Shown piece after piece: positions 29,929 to 39,011 of a stretch of DNA of 64,000 nucleotides. How positions within the stretch are numbered: the first letter of the stretch is position 1; each line of letters begins with the position of its first letter. Source of the stretch: an uncultured bacterium (lineage in GTDB: Bacteria > Margulisbacteria > Termititenacia > CAZZFK01); assembly GCA_964653455.1 (NCBI GenBank), contig CAZZFK010000001.1, positions 158,179-222,178 on the forward strand, given 5' to 3'. The notes beneath the pieces are model-generated. The model was not told the origin of the DNA. It worked only from the letters and a program-made list of their open reading frames with translations, and did not search any database. Made by a program: the position numbers and the translations under genes.

Positions 29929-30778
29929 AGCCAAGATTACCAGGATTAACAGGATTTGCAGGATTAAAGACATCATAAAGAACAGCTGCTTCAACACTGA
30001 ACGAAACAATGTATTCACACAGAACAAAATCCCGCTAATCCTGTTAATCCTCCCAATCCTGGTCCAGACTATGGGATGTACGAAGATCGAGTTATACAAC
30101 GGACGCCTCGAAGCCGACACGATCCGCCTCTCCTCGCAGACCACCGGCATCGTGAACATGCTCTCCATCAGTGAAGGTGATACCGTAGAACCAAAACAGG
30201 TCATCGCGGTCATCAATAAAGAAAAACTGCTCGTCCAACTACAACAAGTTCAGGCAGATCTCAGCTTCAACTCAGATCTGCTCAAAAAAACAGAATCGAT
30301 GTTGGCCAGCGGTGCCGCGACCAAACAACGCCGCGACGAGCTCGCCGCACGCGTTGATGTTCTACGCGCTCAAAAGAACGGCATAGAACTGCAGCTCGCT
30401 GATGCCGCGATACGTTCTCCCATCAAAGGCGTGATCCTTAATAAATACGTCAATAAAGGAGAGTTTGTTGTTCCCGGAACTCTGGTCGCTGAGGTCGCGG
30501 ACCTCAACGAGCTCAAAGCGCTCATCTATCTGCCGCTCAACAAGCTCTCGACGATCAAGATCGGACAAAAGGTCCGCATTAAAGTGGACGGATTGAGCAC
30601 CGCAGCCTCTGGGACCATCACCTGGATCGCCAGCGAGGCGGAGTTCACTCCCAAGACCATCCTTACCAAGGAAACAAGAACGACACTGGTCTACGCCGTG
30701 AAACTTTCCGTTCCGAACAAGGACGGCAGCCTCAAGATCGGCATGCCGATCGACGTGGAGCTCACTCCGGGATCATAA
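29921..30778 (+). CDS. HlyD-family periplasmic adaptor (membrane fusion protein)
   Basis: N-terminal TM helix, coiled-coil region and beta-barrel motifs (IRSPIKGVILNKYVNKGEFVVPGT); GGAGGA upstream; position between the outer membrane factor and the ABC genes. Confidence 0.7.
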   Translation: MIKAKITRINRICRIKDIIKNSCFNTERNNVFTQNKIPLILLILPILVQTMGCTKIELYNGRLEADTIRLSSQTTGIVNMLSISEGDTVEPKQVIAVINKEKLLVQLQQVQADLSFNSDLLKKTESMLASGAATKQRRDELAARVDVLRAQKNGIELQLADAAIRSPIKGVILNKYVNKGEFVVPGTLVAEVADLNELKALIYLPLNKLSTIKIGQKVRIKVDGLSTAASGTITWIASEAEFTPKTILTKETRTTLVYAVKLSVPNKDGSLKIGMPIDVELTPGS

Positions 30779-30780
30779 TA

Positions 30781-31695
30781 ATGGACCCGCTCGTCATCGA
30801 CCATCTTTCCAAGTCATACGGCAGCATCAAGGCGGTCAGAGATATCTCGTTTACCGTCGAACAGGGCGAGATATTCGGGCTCATAGGCCCTGACGGTGCC
30901 GGCAAGACCACAACAATACGGATCATCGTCTCTCTCCTTAATGCCGATAGCGGCACGGTCAATTTTCTTGAAAAGCCCGTACATCAGAACACGGTATTCG
31001 TCCGTTCACGCATTGGGTATATGCCGCAGCGCTTCAGCCTGTACCAGGACCTGACCGTGGAACAGAACCTGCATTTCTTTGGGGACCTTTTTGGCGTACC
31101 CAAAGCGGAGCAGCGCTCCAAGATCGAACGGCTCTACCAATTCTCACGGCTCGGTCCGTTCAAGAACAGAAGGTCCGGGGCCCTTTCGGGGGGCATGAAA
31201 CAAAAGCTCGCGCTCTGCTGCACATTGATACATGAACCAGCAGTGCTCGTTCTTGACGAACCGACCGTCGGTGTCGATCCGGTATCACGCAGTGAGTTCT
31301 GGGACATTTTGCATGAACAATCAAAGAAAGGCATGACCATACTGGTCTCAACATCATATATGGATGAAGCATCACAGTGCGATTATATCGCGCTCATGCA
31401 TGAAGGCAAGATCATGGCCTGCGACACACCGGAGCATGTCAATGAAATGCTTCCCTACCCGATATACCATGTAACAAGTACATCCCCCTACCAAACGTAC
31501 CAGGCATTGCTCAGCACAGAGTTCAAGGAATGTGTCCAATTGTTCGGGGCCGGGGTACACATCATGGACAGGACCGGCCAAGGCCTTGAAGGGACCCGCG
31601 CAGCACTGACCTCTCTCGGTATACATATGGACGATATCACCACCGTCAGCCCTCAGCTTGAGGACGTGTTCCTGGAGTTGATGGGAAAGAAATGA
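30781..31695 (+). CDS. ABC transporter ATP-binding protein
   Basis: Walker A GPDGAGKTT, signature LSGGMKQKL, Walker B LVLDEPTVGVD. Confidence 0.85.
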   Translation: MDPLVIDHLSKSYGSIKAVRDISFTVEQGEIFGLIGPDGAGKTTTIRIIVSLLNADSGTVNFLEKPVHQNTVFVRSRIGYMPQRFSLYQDLTVEQNLHFFGDLFGVPKAEQRSKIERLYQFSRLGPFKNRRSGALSGGMKQKLALCCTLIHEPAVLVLDEPTVGVDPVSRSEFWDILHEQSKKGMTILVSTSYMDEASQCDYIALMHEGKIMACDTPEHVNEMLPYPIYHVTSTSPYQTYQALLSTEFKECVQLFGAGVHIMDRTGQGLEGTRAALTSLGIHMDDITTVSPQLEDVFLELMGKK

Positions 31696-31747
31696 CCTTG
31701 GATACAACATGGACACGTTGATCTTTAGACGTACAAAAGGATAAAAG

Positions 31748-32569
31748 ATGAACAATGGTCAGTACGCTGTCGAAGTAAATGACCTCACCCGCACGTTCGG
31801 GAAGTTCACGGCCGTGGACCATATCTCCTTTTCGGTCAATAAAGGTGAGATATTCGGATTCCTGGGCGCCAACGGTGCCGGCAAGACCACGACGATCCGT
31901 ATACTCTGCGGTCTGCTCATGCCCTCAAGCGGAAGCGGACATGTCGCCGGGCACGACATCTATAAAGAACCGGAGAAGATCAAGCTCAAGATCGGGTACA
32001 TGAGCCAGAAATTCAGCCTGTATAATGATCTGACCATCGTCGAGAACATCGAGTTCTATGGCGGCATCTATGGTCTTTCACGATCAAAGATCAAAGAACG
32101 TACAGAAGAACTGCTCCATACGCTCGACCTCAAGGATTTCGCGAACGCCCTGGCCGGCAGCCTGCCGCTCGGCTGGAAACAGAAACTCGCGCTCTCCACT
32201 GCCATCCTGCACGACCCGGACATCATCTTTCTCGACGAACCGACCAGCGGCGTGGACCCCGTCTCGCGCAGGAACTTCTGGATCATGATCTATAAGCTCG
32301 CGGACCAGGGCAAGACCATCTTCGTGACCACGCATTATATGGATGAAGCGGAATATTGTAACCGCTTGAGCATCATGAAGGACGGCCGTATCATCGAACT
32401 GGAATCACCCACAGCACTGAAACAAAAATATCGTTCCGATACGATGCAGGACGTATTTCTGAAAGCTGTGACCTCACCCCCTGCCCCTTCGGACGTTCGA
32501 ACCCCACCCACCGCTTTCAGCGGTCCTCCCTCCCCTGATCAGGGGAGGGAAAGAGGGAGGGGTCTATGA
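31748..32569 (+). CDS. ABC transporter ATP-binding protein (second ATPase), with unusual Pro/Gly-rich C-terminal tail
   Basis: Walker A GANGAGKTT, signature (LPLGWKQKL), Walker B IFLDEPTSGVD; the last 30 residues (PPAPSDVRTPPTAFSGPPSPDQGRERGRGL) are encoded by a C-rich/G-rich palindromic element. Confidence 0.8.
   Translation: MNNGQYAVEVNDLTRTFGKFTAVDHISFSVNKGEIFGFLGANGAGKTTTIRILCGLLMPSSGSGHVAGHDIYKEPEKIKLKIGYMSQKFSLYNDLTIVENIEFYGGIYGLSRSKIKERTEELLHTLDLKDFANALAGSLPLGWKQKLALSTAILHDPDIIFLDEPTSGVDPVSRRNFWIMIYKLADQGKTIFVTTHYMDEAEYCNRLSIMKDGRIIELESPTALKQKYRSDTMQDVFLKAVTSPPAPSDVRTPPTAFSGPPSPDQGRERGRGL
32525..32565 (+). promoter_or_regulatory. C-rich/G-rich hairpin overlapping the Shine-Dalgarno of the permease gene
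   Basis: Perfect 10-bp stem TCCCTCCCCT / AGGGGAGGGA with GATC loop (32527-32550), then GGGAGGGG 4 nt before ATG 32566; CCTCCCT at 32525-32531 is also complementary to the SD. Confidence 0.4.
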
Positions 32570-33672
32570 AGAACAAGGTCCTCCAAAGCATCATCAAAAA
32601 AGAGTTCATCCATATCTGGAAGGACCCGATAACGCTCATCATCATTTTGCTCCTCCCGATCATCATGATGATACTGTTCGGCTACGCTATCACGCTCGAT
32701 ATGCGCGATATCCGGACGGTCATTGACGACCTGAGCGACACGCCGGAGAGCCGCATGCTCGTCGACCGCATCTCATCGAGCGGCTTTTTCAAGGTGACCC
32801 AACGAACAGTGCCTGAACGGGACGTGGACACGATATTCCAGAGCAAACAGGCGCGCTGTATCGTGATCATCCCGCGGGACTACGCCCGCGACCTTGCCCA
32901 CAAGCTCACGACCCGTATCCAGGTCCTGATCGATGCCAGCGATCCGAACGCAGCGAACTTCATCAATAACTATCTGCAGCAAATAACCTATGCCTATAAC
33001 CAGGACATCAACCAACGCCTGCCCGTACCGTTCACGGTGGTCCCGCGATTCATCTACAACCCGGACCTGCGCTCCACGAATTTCTTCGTGCCGGGGCTTT
33101 TTGCGATCATACTCCTGCTCATCAGCGCCTTGCTCACCAGCGTTGCGATCACCCGCGAAAAAGAGCTCGGCACGATGGAACAGATACTGGTCAGCCCCGT
33201 ACGCCCCCGCCAGATCATCATCGGCAAAGTGATCCCCTATCTCCTCATCGCCTTCTTCAGCGGGCTTAATATTCTGTTCATGAGCCGTACGCTCTTTGCT
33301 GTCCCGTTCGAGGGATCTGTGATAGCCCTGCTCGTGATGCTGGTCATCTATATCTTTGCGGGGCTGAGTTTCGGGCTTTTGATCTCGACCGTGGCCAAAA
33401 GCCAGAGTGTGGCCATGATCATGGCCATGATGATCACCATGCTCCCGACCATCATGCTCAGCGGCTTCATCTTTCCGATCGAGAGCATGCCGCTCGTCTT
33501 CAGGGTCATCTCATACATCATCCCGGCACGGCATTTCGTCTATATCATCCGCGGTATCATGCTCAAAGGGATGCCGCTCACGGCCATGGTCCCGCAGGTC
33601 CTGTTCCTGCTCGGGATCTCCGCTCTGTTCATCGGGATAAGCATCAAGAAGTTCAAGAGTTCACTGGAGTGA
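32566..33672 (+). CDS. ABC-2 family transporter permease
   Basis: N-terminal KKEFIHIWKDPITLIIILLLPIIMM, large periplasmic loop, then about five C-terminal TM helices: ABC-2 (YbhS/YbhR-like) topology. Confidence 0.8.
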   Translation: MKNKVLQSIIKKEFIHIWKDPITLIIILLLPIIMMILFGYAITLDMRDIRTVIDDLSDTPESRMLVDRISSSGFFKVTQRTVPERDVDTIFQSKQARCIVIIPRDYARDLAHKLTTRIQVLIDASDPNAANFINNYLQQITYAYNQDINQRLPVPFTVVPRFIYNPDLRSTNFFVPGLFAIILLLISALLTSVAITREKELGTMEQILVSPVRPRQIIIGKVIPYLLIAFFSGLNILFMSRTLFAVPFEGSVIALLVMLVIYIFAGLSFGLLISTVAKSQSVAMIMAMMITMLPTIMLSGFIFPIESMPLVFRVISYIIPARHFVYIIRGIMLKGMPLTAMVPQVLFLLGISALFIGISIKKFKSSLE

Positions 33673-34799
33673 TCATGTCACGGATCATATACCTTATACA
33701 GAAAGAATTCAGGCAGCTCTTCCGGGAGAAGGCCAATATCGTCATCATCTTCTTCCTGCCGTTCATCCAATTGGTCATGATCGGCTTTGCGATCACAACG
33801 GACGTGACCAATATCGCGACCGTCATGGTGGACCAGGACAAGAGCGTCCTCAGCCGACGCATGATCGACGCGTTCAGTTCCACCAGGACGTTCATCATGA
33901 AAGGGACCGTGGGCACCGTGAAAGAAGCGGTACACCTGCTCGATGTCGGCAGGACGAAGGTCATCATCGTCATCCCGCAGTATTTCGCGCGCGACCTGAG
34001 CAACGGTCGTGTCCCGCAGGTACAGGCCATTTTCGACGGCGTGGACGGGAACAGTGCAGGGATCGCGAGCGGCTATGTGACCCGCGTCATGACCGCGCTC
34101 CAGAAGGAGTGGATGTTCCGGTCCCGCAGCATCGCGCTCTCGATACGCGACCTGCACACGGTCAGCACTGAGCCACGCATGCTCTATAACCCACAGCTCG
34201 ACAGTCAGAACAACATCGTCCCGGGGATCCTGGCGATACTGCTCACCATGATCACGATGTTCCTGACCACGCTCAACATCGTCAAAGAGAAAGAGCTCGG
34301 CACCCTGGAACAGCTCTCCGTAACGCCGATACATAATACCGAACTGATCATCGGCAAGACCATCCCTTTCGCGATCATGGGGTTCCTGCTGTTCAATGTG
34401 GGACTTCTGGCCATGTGGCTCATCTTCGGTATCATACCGCGGGGGAACCTCCTACTGCTCTATCTGTTCAGCATCATCTATATGATGACCACGCTCGGTA
34501 TCGGGATATTCCTCTCAACGGTCTCAGCCTCACAACAACAGGCGATGTTCTTCTCGTGGTTCTTTTCGATATTCGCCATACTGCTCTCCGGATTTTTCGT
34601 CCCGGTGGAGAACATGCCGCCATTCATCCAGGGACTGACGTTCCTGAACCCAACACGTTATTTCATGCAGGTGGTAAGAGGGATCATACTGAAAGGATCA
34701 GGGATAGCGGCCTTATGGCCAGAGCTCGTCTCGCTCACCGTGTTCGGCATCGTTATTTTGAACAGTGCGATATTGAATTTCCACAAACGTGTAAAATAA
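33669..34799 (+). CDS. ABC-2 family transporter permease (second)
   Basis: Paralogous to the previous gene (QKEFRQLFREKANIVIIFFLPFIQL; C-terminal TM bundle); start overlaps the previous stop. Confidence 0.8.
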   Translation: MIMSRIIYLIQKEFRQLFREKANIVIIFFLPFIQLVMIGFAITTDVTNIATVMVDQDKSVLSRRMIDAFSSTRTFIMKGTVGTVKEAVHLLDVGRTKVIIVIPQYFARDLSNGRVPQVQAIFDGVDGNSAGIASGYVTRVMTALQKEWMFRSRSIALSIRDLHTVSTEPRMLYNPQLDSQNNIVPGILAILLTMITMFLTTLNIVKEKELGTLEQLSVTPIHNTELIIGKTIPFAIMGFLLFNVGLLAMWLIFGIIPRGNLLLLYLFSIIYMMTTLGIGIFLSTVSASQQQAMFFSWFFSIFAILLSGFFVPVENMPPFIQGLTFLNPTRYFMQVVRGIILKGSGIAALWPELVSLTVFGIVILNSAILNFHKRVK

Positions 34800-34802
34800 C
34801 CG

Positions 34803-36614
34803 CTAGCCCCACACCTGCATCTCGCAGGCATTACAGTCGAAGAACAGTGTGAATTCGCGGCCATCCTCATCGCGCAGGAACAACGGCTCAGCACTTGTAT
34901 CACCGGTAACTTTTCGGCACAGCCCCAGCTGATGCAGGATACAGTATTTCGTGGTCATGACCTGCCTGCCATGCATATCCAGGCCGGACTCCACAGCAGG
35001 CTCTATCTTCTCCACTCCGTGACGGCGATAGAACGCCTCTGCTTTTTTATTGAGGACATTGCTGGTATAGGTCAGTTCTTTTTCAGGGTACGGCACATCG
35101 TTCGGGACAATACCTCCGACCATTTTAGGACGTGACCCATCACGTACCGTACGCAAAGCAGCGATAAGCTGACGGCGCAATTCATTAAGTATCTTGATGG
35201 GGATGAAATACATGGAGCTCGTTGTGATAGAGATATTCGTACAAACGAACTCCGTATCGCCCAGTTTAGCGAGCTGTTTCCGGATAGTATCTTCGCTCTT
35301 CTCCTTATTATCTGCAGGAACTTTTTCGATGGTTTGACGAAATTCAGCTTTGTTCCCGTCCCCATCAATGGCCCTCAACACCAAGCCTTCTGCATCTTCT
35401 CCCAGCTCCAAAGAAACACCGATACGGCGCTGGGTACGTGCGCTCTTCAGGGCATTCAGGAATTCCCTGTCGAGATTACGATAGATAATGGTGCCGACCT
35501 GAATATCTGCGAGACTTAAGGGGAACACATTCCGTCCGTCCGCTGTGTTCACCGTCGTACCGGAGAGCGTACCATCTTCTTTAAAGAAACAGATGCCGTC
35601 ACCGTTATGCAGGACCGTATCTGCATCTACAGCAAAATAGTTCGTCCCGATCTTCGTGACCGGTCCGATCTTTTCCCCAAGAGACTTCGGTGTACCCCAT
35701 TCGGCAATGACAGGCTGCCTTCCCTTCAGAAAGTATGACGTATAGCCGCGATTGAAGGTCTTGTTGGGGTCCGGTTCAAAATCTAGAACGACGCTGCCGC
35801 TCGAGGCTCTCTTCAGCCCTTTTTCTTTCAGGAGAAGATCAAGCTTTTTGCGATAATATCCGACATTGTTCATGACGTACGGCACGTCCTTGAGACGGCC
35901 TTCGATCTTAAATGACGACACACCCGCATCGATGAGCTCACCGAGATAACAAGAAAGGTCCAGGTCCTTCAACGAGAGAAGATGTCGGTCTTTGACCATC
36001 TCTTTACCGGAACTATCAAGCAACGTATAGGTCCGTCGGCAGGGCTGCGCACATTCACCGCGATTAGAACTGCGGCCGCCGATAGCATAGCTCAAATAGC
36101 ACTGCCCGCTATAGCACACGCACAAAGCCCCATGTATGAAACACTCGAGATCAACTGAGGTATGCTGCCGTATCTCCTTTATCTGGGACAAGGACAGTTC
36201 ACGGGCAAGGATGATCCGCTTGAAGCCGACATCCTCCAGGAACTTCACTTTCTGCCAGGTGCGGTTATCCGTCTGTGTGCTGGCAAAGAACGGTATCGGA
36301 GGCAGGTCCATTTCCAGCAGCGCCATATCCTGCACGATGACAGCATCCACCCCAATGGCGTACAGCTGTTGTATGAGCCCGGCAACATGCCCGAGCGATT
36401 CGTCACCGATGATCGTATTGACCGTCACATACACCTTCGCCCAATAGACATGCGCGTATTTGACGAGCTTTTCGATATCAGCGATAGCGTTCCCGGCCGC
36501 ACGGCGGGCACCAAACCGCTCGGCCGCGATATATACGGCATCTGCACCGCAATCAATGGCGGCGATACCGCATTCCAGGTCCTTGGCGGGAGCTAAAAGT
36601 TCAATAGGCTTCAC
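34803..36614 (-). CDS. peptidase U32 family protein
   Basis: ECFIHGALCVCYSGQCYLS matches the U32 signature (E.F..G(A/S)(L/M)C...G.C.(L/M)S); 603 aa. Confidence 0.8.
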   Translation of the reverse strand: MKPIELLAPAKDLECGIAAIDCGADAVYIAAERFGARRAAGNAIADIEKLVKYAHVYWAKVYVTVNTIIGDESLGHVAGLIQQLYAIGVDAVIVQDMALLEMDLPPIPFFASTQTDNRTWQKVKFLEDVGFKRIILARELSLSQIKEIRQHTSVDLECFIHGALCVCYSGQCYLSYAIGGRSSNRGECAQPCRRTYTLLDSSGKEMVKDRHLLSLKDLDLSCYLGELIDAGVSSFKIEGRLKDVPYVMNNVGYYRKKLDLLLKEKGLKRASSGSVVLDFEPDPNKTFNRGYTSYFLKGRQPVIAEWGTPKSLGEKIGPVTKIGTNYFAVDADTVLHNGDGICFFKEDGTLSGTTVNTADGRNVFPLSLADIQVGTIIYRNLDREFLNALKSARTQRRIGVSLELGEDAEGLVLRAIDGDGNKAEFRQTIEKVPADNKEKSEDTIRKQLAKLGDTEFVCTNISITTSSMYFIPIKILNELRRQLIAALRTVRDGSRPKMVGGIVPNDVPYPEKELTYTSNVLNKKAEAFYRRHGVEKIEPAVESGLDMHGRQVMTTKYCILHQLGLCRKVTGDTSAEPLFLRDEDGREFTLFFDCNACEMQVWG

Positions 36615-36641
36615 GATGTTCGACCTTTCAAGGGATACTGA

Positions 36642-37949
36642 CTACTTCATCACCGGTTGACGGGTGGTTTCCAATACTGTGGTCCAGAGACGGCTCGCAG
36701 GGTCGACCTTCTTGCGTTCCCGGGTAATGAGCGTCATGGGAAGATGCACATAATGCCCGTTGCGGTAGCCAATGACCATGGCCGTCTTTCCGGCCATCGC
36801 CGCGTGCACGGCGTTCTGGGCGAGCATCAGACAAAAGATATTGTCGTCGGCCGTCGCCGGGACGGAACGGATCATATAACTCGGATCGATATATTTCACG
36901 TTCACTTCGATCTTTCTGCCCTTAAAATGGTCTTTGATCTTCTGCGACAGGAACACACCGCAATCCTTGAGCTTCACATTGCCCGATGCATCATGGCCGG
37001 TCTCGCCCTGCAACAAGTCCTGCGCGGCACCCTCGGCGAGCACAATGACCGCATGTTGTTTGATGGCCAAGCGTTTTTCCAGCACGGACAAAAGTCCTCC
37101 GGGACCATCGAGCCTGAACGGGACTTCAGGAATGAAACAGTAATTCACGACCGGATTGGCAAGGGTCACCGCAGAAGCGATGAATCCGGATTCACGCCCC
37201 ATGAGCTTCACGATACCAACACCGTTATGGGCACCTTTCGCCTCCACATGGGCGGACGTAATGGCCGTGCTCGCCTCCTGCACGGCGGTCTCGAACCCGA
37301 AACTTTTCTCGATGATAGCGATGTCATTATCGATGGTCTTCGGAATGCCGATGATACTGATCACGGCCCCGCGCTTTTTGATCTCCTGCGCCAGATCGAG
37401 CGCACCGCGCATAGTGCCGTCGCCACCGACCACGAACAGGAGGCGCACATCCAACTGAATAAGACGATCGACCATCTTATCGACCGGTTGCGGCCCGCGA
37501 GAAGAACTGAGGATAGTACCGCCTTGTTCATGGATATTGTCGACCATGGCCGAGGTCAGCACTATCGGTTCGATACCAAGGTCCGGATTGAGACCGGCAT
37601 ACCCGTTGCGGAACCCATAGACCGTTGAGATACCATAGAACTGCTCAGCGGTAAGAACTATGGAACGAATGATGGTATTGAGCCCCGGGCACAGACCGCC
37701 GCAGGTAACAATACCTGCCTTGACCGTGCCTGAAGAAAAAAAGATATTCTTGCGCGGACCGGCGAGCTCCATAGAAGGTAATGCCTCGTTTCGCGCACAA
37801 TAATCGTCCTGATGACGCAGGTGCTGATGAAAGATGATCCTGTCTTCATCGGTCACGAAATGAACAGAAGCCGTCTCTGGCGTCGGTACCCCGGCATCCC
37901 CCAGACTTTCAATAATAAAATCTTTTTGGGTCAGCAATAGTTCATCCAT
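36642..37949 (-). CDS. 6-phosphofructokinase (ATP- or PPi-dependent, long type)
   Basis: VVGGDGTMRGA and IGIPKTIDNDI are the PFK catalytic motifs; start set at MDELLLTQ (ATG 37949) instead of the 38-codon upstream extension in the track. Confidence 0.8.
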   Translation of the reverse strand: MDELLLTQKDFIIESLGDAGVPTPETASVHFVTDEDRIIFHQHLRHQDDYCARNEALPSMELAGPRKNIFFSSGTVKAGIVTCGGLCPGLNTIIRSIVLTAEQFYGISTVYGFRNGYAGLNPDLGIEPIVLTSAMVDNIHEQGGTILSSSRGPQPVDKMVDRLIQLDVRLLFVVGGDGTMRGALDLAQEIKKRGAVISIIGIPKTIDNDIAIIEKSFGFETAVQEASTAITSAHVEAKGAHNGVGIVKLMGRESGFIASAVTLANPVVNYCFIPEVPFRLDGPGGLLSVLEKRLAIKQHAVIVLAEGAAQDLLQGETGHDASGNVKLKDCGVFLSQKIKDHFKGRKIEVNVKYIDPSYMIRSVPATADDNIFCLMLAQNAVHAAMAGKTAMVIGYRNGHYVHLPMTLITRERKKVDPASRLWTTVLETTRQPVMK

Positions 37950-38083
37950 AGGAAAAGTATAGCATCGTAGTAAAGGGGCTGTCCTTGCCTGTACCCCCCT
38001 GAGCTGAATACTGTTTTCTGGGCTAGCATGCGCAAAACAGGTGCCAGACACCAACCAAGCCAAGCCCCACTTCTCTATATCAC

Positions 38084-38545
38084 TCAGTGAATACCCAAAA
38101 CATCACGTAATTTCTCCAATACCTCCCGAGAAACCGAGCTTTGGTCACATGCGAACAAGGACCACAAAAAGAATTTTGCCACATGAAAACCCATAAATAG
38201 ACAGAACAAGGTCATCAGATCAAGATGCATAATATTGAACTGCATCACAACAAGATGACCGAAAATAGCGATCAATAAGAATACATACGCGATCCTATCA
38301 AGATATATCCAGGGGCAATCATTTTGAGGATAGAGGTTCCCGCTCGTCACAGCTGCGTTCCAGAACGCGACAAACACAGCCATAAGGAAAGCCGTGATCG
38401 TTAAAAAACCGATCATACCCAGATAACCACCGTCATTTGGTATTGAATCACTGGACCACCATATCGAAGACCAGAACAGCCAATATGCGGTAGTTGCAAA
38501 TATTTTCCAGAACATATATACACCTCTTTCTTTAGTTTTTCCCAA
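38084..38545 (-). CDS. hypothetical integral membrane protein
   Basis: 153 aa with about four hydrophobic helices, Trp-rich N-terminus; no motif recognised. Confidence 0.5.
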   Translation of the reverse strand: MGKTKERGVYMFWKIFATTAYWLFWSSIWWSSDSIPNDGGYLGMIGFLTITAFLMAVFVAFWNAAVTSGNLYPQNDCPWIYLDRIAYVFLLIAIFGHLVVMQFNIMHLDLMTLFCLFMGFHVAKFFLWSLFACDQSSVSREVLEKLRDVLGIH

Positions 38546-38668
38546 ATACTATAGATACGCCTTTTGCCAAACAGAACACAAAAAGGCCTTGCATAATTGA
38601 TTCATGCATTCCGGGATTTTCCCCCATAAGGACCACCTGTTTCATAGCATTTTCAAGTTTATTCATAT

Positions 38669-38836
38669 TCATTTTCTTCTCCTTTTCTTAATACCCTTTT
38701 TGCTCTGTTCCTCGCGTTCCTGCAACAAACAAAGCAAAAATACAACATACAACACGCCAAACAATGCATACCCATACAGCCGGGAATAGAACACCGTGAC
38801 AAGAAAAACGACCACCCCCGGAATGGCTGCATACAT
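38669..38836 (-). CDS. small hydrophobic protein (55 aa, C-terminal KKRRRK)
   Basis: AGGAGGTG 6 nt upstream of ATG 38836 (MYAAIPGVVVFLVTVFYSRLYGYALFGVLYVVFLLCLLQ...); a second 46-codon ORF starts in an ATGA overlap with its stop; different frame from the Cys-rich 94-aa track ORF. Confidence 0.3.
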   Translation of the reverse strand: MYAAIPGVVVFLVTVFYSRLYGYALFGVLYVVFLLCLLQEREEQSKKGIKKRRRK

Positions 38837-39011
38837 ACATCACCTCCTGCTACTGAATAACAACAAGGCCCCACACAACCATATATAGCAGGTTTACTTG
38901 CCATTTTTTGGCAAGTTTGTTTATTAGTCATTTGACAATACAAATCAGGGAAATATCGGACAATTTATTGCTGAGTAATACTATTTTACTGACAGCCAAA
39001 TACCTTCCGTA

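Noticed and set aside
36657-37628. 323-aa plus-strand ORF
   Set aside because: Antisense to the phosphofructokinase gene (GGDG and PKTIDND motifs on the minus strand); shadow ORF
36642-38063. Track start codons giving N-terminal extensions (PFK here; also sufC to 28128, sufB/D to 27409, GspF to 49480)
   Set aside because: Family-typical N-termini begin at internal start codons (MDELLLTQ, MGILQLNNV, MSELKDL, MPKYSYAAR); the sufB/D, GspF and sufC extensions would run into the upstream gene or intergenic regulatory DNA; the shorter starts were used
38659-38943. 94-aa Cys-rich minus-strand ORF from the track
   Set aside because: No Shine-Dalgarno at its start, and an alternative frame in the same DNA gives a micro-ORF with a strong AGGAGG; the Cys-rich frame is probably not the translated one
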